A stretch of DNA of 64,000 bases from Octopus vulgaris (taxonomy: Eukaryota): assembly GCA_951406725.2 (NCBI GenBank), contig OX597827.1, forward strand, positions 70,618,001-70,682,000, given 5' to 3'. This document shows, in pieces, positions 61,700 through 64,000 of this stretch. Made by a program: the position numbers and the translations under genes. The notes beneath the pieces are model-generated. The model did not search any database, was not told where the DNA came from, and saw nothing but the letters and a program-made list of their open reading frames with translations. Within the stretch, counting starts at the first letter, position 1; each line of letters starts with the position of its first letter.

Positions 61700-62434
61700 C
61701 CTTAGGCGAGGCTACCTCAAGCCGTAATCCCATCTCTTCCCATCTCTTCCCATCTTTCAGCCATCTTTCAGCCATTGGCGGTCTTTTTCCTCCTCTTACC
61801 ATTACGATTCTACAATTTAAATTCCCAATTCAACTAACTTACTTCTTAAATTTCAACTCCCGATCGATGTCCGCAGCAAGTTCTTTAAAAATTTATCTTA
61901 ATATTTCCATTCGTTGTTACTACGTTTATTCATACATTGTTACGAAAATTTAACCTTTTAAGGCTACTTTCAAGCCTTCGCCATAACTTGATTTATCTTT
62001 CTATCTCTCTCTCTACAAAATTTAACCTTAGGCGAGGCTACCTCAAGCCGTAATCCCATCTCTTCCCATCTCTTCCCATCTTTCAGCCATCTTTCAGCCA
62101 TTGGCGGTCTTTTTTCCTCCTCTTACCATTACGATTCTACAATTTAAATTCCCAATTCAACTAACTTACTTCTTAAATTTCAACTCCCGATCGATGTCCG
62201 CAGCAAGTTCTTTAAAAATTTATCTTAATATTTCCATTCGTTGTTACTACGTTTATTCATACATTGTTACGAAAATTTAACCTTTTAAGGCTACTTTCAA
62301 GCCTTCGCCATAACTTGATTTATCTTTCTATCTCTCTCTCTACAAAATTTAACCTTAGGCGAGGCTACCTCAAGCCGTAATCCCATCTCTTCCCATCTCT
62401 TCCCATCTTTCAGCCATCTTTCAGCCATTGGCGG
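61696..62434. repeat. 326-327 bp tandem repeat, about 2.3 near-identical copies
   Basis: TTAACCTTAGGCGAGGCTACC at 61696, 62022 and 62349. Confidence 0.95.
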
Positions 62435-63141
62435 TGCGCCCGCCCCCCCACCCCCACCACCAATACCGATGAACACTGTTCTCACCCCCACCACCAATAC
62501 CGGTGAACACTGTTCTCACCGCCAACACCACCAATACTGGTGAACACTGTTCCTCACCCCCCACCACCAATACCAGTATACCCTGTCCTCACCATCTACA
62601 CCGGATACGCCTTACTCATCTACACCGGGTAAGCCCTACTCCCTCCTCCTCCCCCCACTACCCCTTCTCCTCATATGCTTTCACTGTGAAAAGACAAGCT
62701 GCTAGCGCCATAGCTCATCAACTGCCCACCGATCTTACGCTTCCTCCGGACACTGCTTCATTCCGACTATCCCCCTTTAGCACCCTCCCGCCTCGTAATA
62801 TCCTACGTTTTTATTTCTTAGGAACCTACACCAACCCTTCCTGCCATCGTTCCTCCTTACCCCAACCTTCCCCACTGGTTGCTCCCCTATATTACCCACC
62901 TCAACTGGACCCCCCTCCCCAACTCAACTCTAGAATATCTGTATTCTTTCCTCTACCTAATAACGTTACTCAGTGACGATAACGAATGTCTTTATTTCTT
63001 AGGAACCTACACCAACCCTTCCTTACTCAGTGACGATAAATGCTGTGACTACAAAGACCTGGGCTGCTTTCTGCAGCAATTCCACATACCCCCTACTCAT
63101 TCTAAGTACCCCAGATCCCCAAAGTACCCCGGACCTCGTTG

Positions 63142-63394
63142 CCCCCGTGCCGCTGACACGTTAAAATGCTCGAACCGATCGTGACGATGCCGGACCCTCC
63201 GGCCCCTGTGCAGGTGGCACGTAAAAAGCACCCAATCCACTCACGGAGTGGTTGGCGTTAGGAAGGGCATCCAGCCGTAGAAACTCTGCCAGATTCAGAC
63301 TGGAGCCTGGTGCGGCCCCTGGCTTCCCAGACCCGGTCAAACCGTCCAACCCGTGCTAGCGCGGAAAGCGGACGTTAAACGATGATGATGATGA
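63142..63394 (+). mobile_element. Retroposon family C
   Basis: GGTGGCACGTAAAAAGCACCC..GGCGTTAGGAAGGGCATCCAGCCG..GGACGTTAAAC(GAT)n. Confidence 0.88.
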
Positions 63395-63577
63395 TAGGTC
63401 ATCCCATAAATAATGTGGTTTTTTTCAATTGCATGAACTAAAAGTCAGAGGAGGATGAATAAGTATCCGATAGAATAAGTACTAGGTTTACAAAGAATTA
63501 GTCCTGGGGTCGATTTCTTCGACTGACATCCTATAAGGCAGTGCTCCAGCCAGATGAGACAAACAAGTAAAAGAATA
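63395..63577 (+). mobile_element. Mariner 5' end (63395-63463) joined to the 3' half of SINE family A
   Basis: AGGTCATCCCATAA resembles the reverse complement of the TIR at 53350-53375; CCGATAGAATAAGTACTAGG..AAGTAAAAGAATA follows. Confidence 0.65.
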
Positions 63578-63879
63578 TACATGTATATATATATACACAC
63601 ATGGGAGGGCCGCAATTAGATTCTACATAGCTTTACCTGTCATCTTGGGTCTTCTGGATACCATTACCTCATATATATATATATACTACTAATATAGGAT
63701 GAAGTTTTTTTTACAGAAGAAAAATTCCATCAAAAAATGTGGCAGCATATTAAAATACCTTTACGGTTAAAATTATAAACAACTTATAAATGAGGGCTAA
63801 AGAGAATTATTTCAATGCCAATATGCTGATAACAGACTTTTAAATTGTCAATTTCCACATATTATTTATTCGCTACAGA

Positions 63880-63968
63880 AAAAAAACACGAATAACTGAA
63901 ATCGGGGAAGCCGGCTGAAAAAAATTCAATCAGCCGGCTTCCCCGATTTCAGTTCTTCGTGTTTTTTT
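63880..63968. repeat. 39-bp near-perfect inverted repeat with an 11-nt loop
   Basis: AAAAAAACACGAATAACTGAAATCGGGGAAGCCGGCTGA / TCAGCCGGCTTCCCCGATTTCAGTTCTTCGTGTTTTTTT, one mismatch. Confidence 0.95.
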
Positions 63969-64000
63969 CACATATGTATCAATTTATTTATATTTATTTA

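Overview
Repeat-saturated, AT-rich eukaryotic (animal) DNA. The SINE families and the (CA)n/(TA)n/(GA)n/(TACA)n load resemble an octopod cephalopod genome; this is inferred from recalled repeat families, not a database match. No intact host gene is visible, and nearly all of the ORF track is microsatellite or minisatellite artefact. Recognisable content: many copies of two tRNA-derived SINE families plus an (ATG)n-tailed retroposon family; decayed non-LTR retrotransposons (R4/Dong-like, L1/Tx1-like, RTE, CR1, Penelope-like); mariner, hAT, piggyBac-type and Helitron relics; a 4.4 kb 21-22 bp minisatellite next to an inverted, patchwork AT-rich domain; and several hammerhead-ribozyme motifs. The best leads are two cellular-RNA copies joined in sense to SINE family A sequence. 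One is an intron-less 3' fragment of a mitofusin mRNA fused to a bare SINE tail (60112-60602). The other is a U6 snRNA pseudogene whose 3' part abuts a full SINE and whose 5' part lies inverted ~690 bp away (48061-49232). Together they suggest SINE-tail-assisted retroposition of cellular RNAs. Boundaries of decayed repeats are approximate, and all alignments were done by eye.
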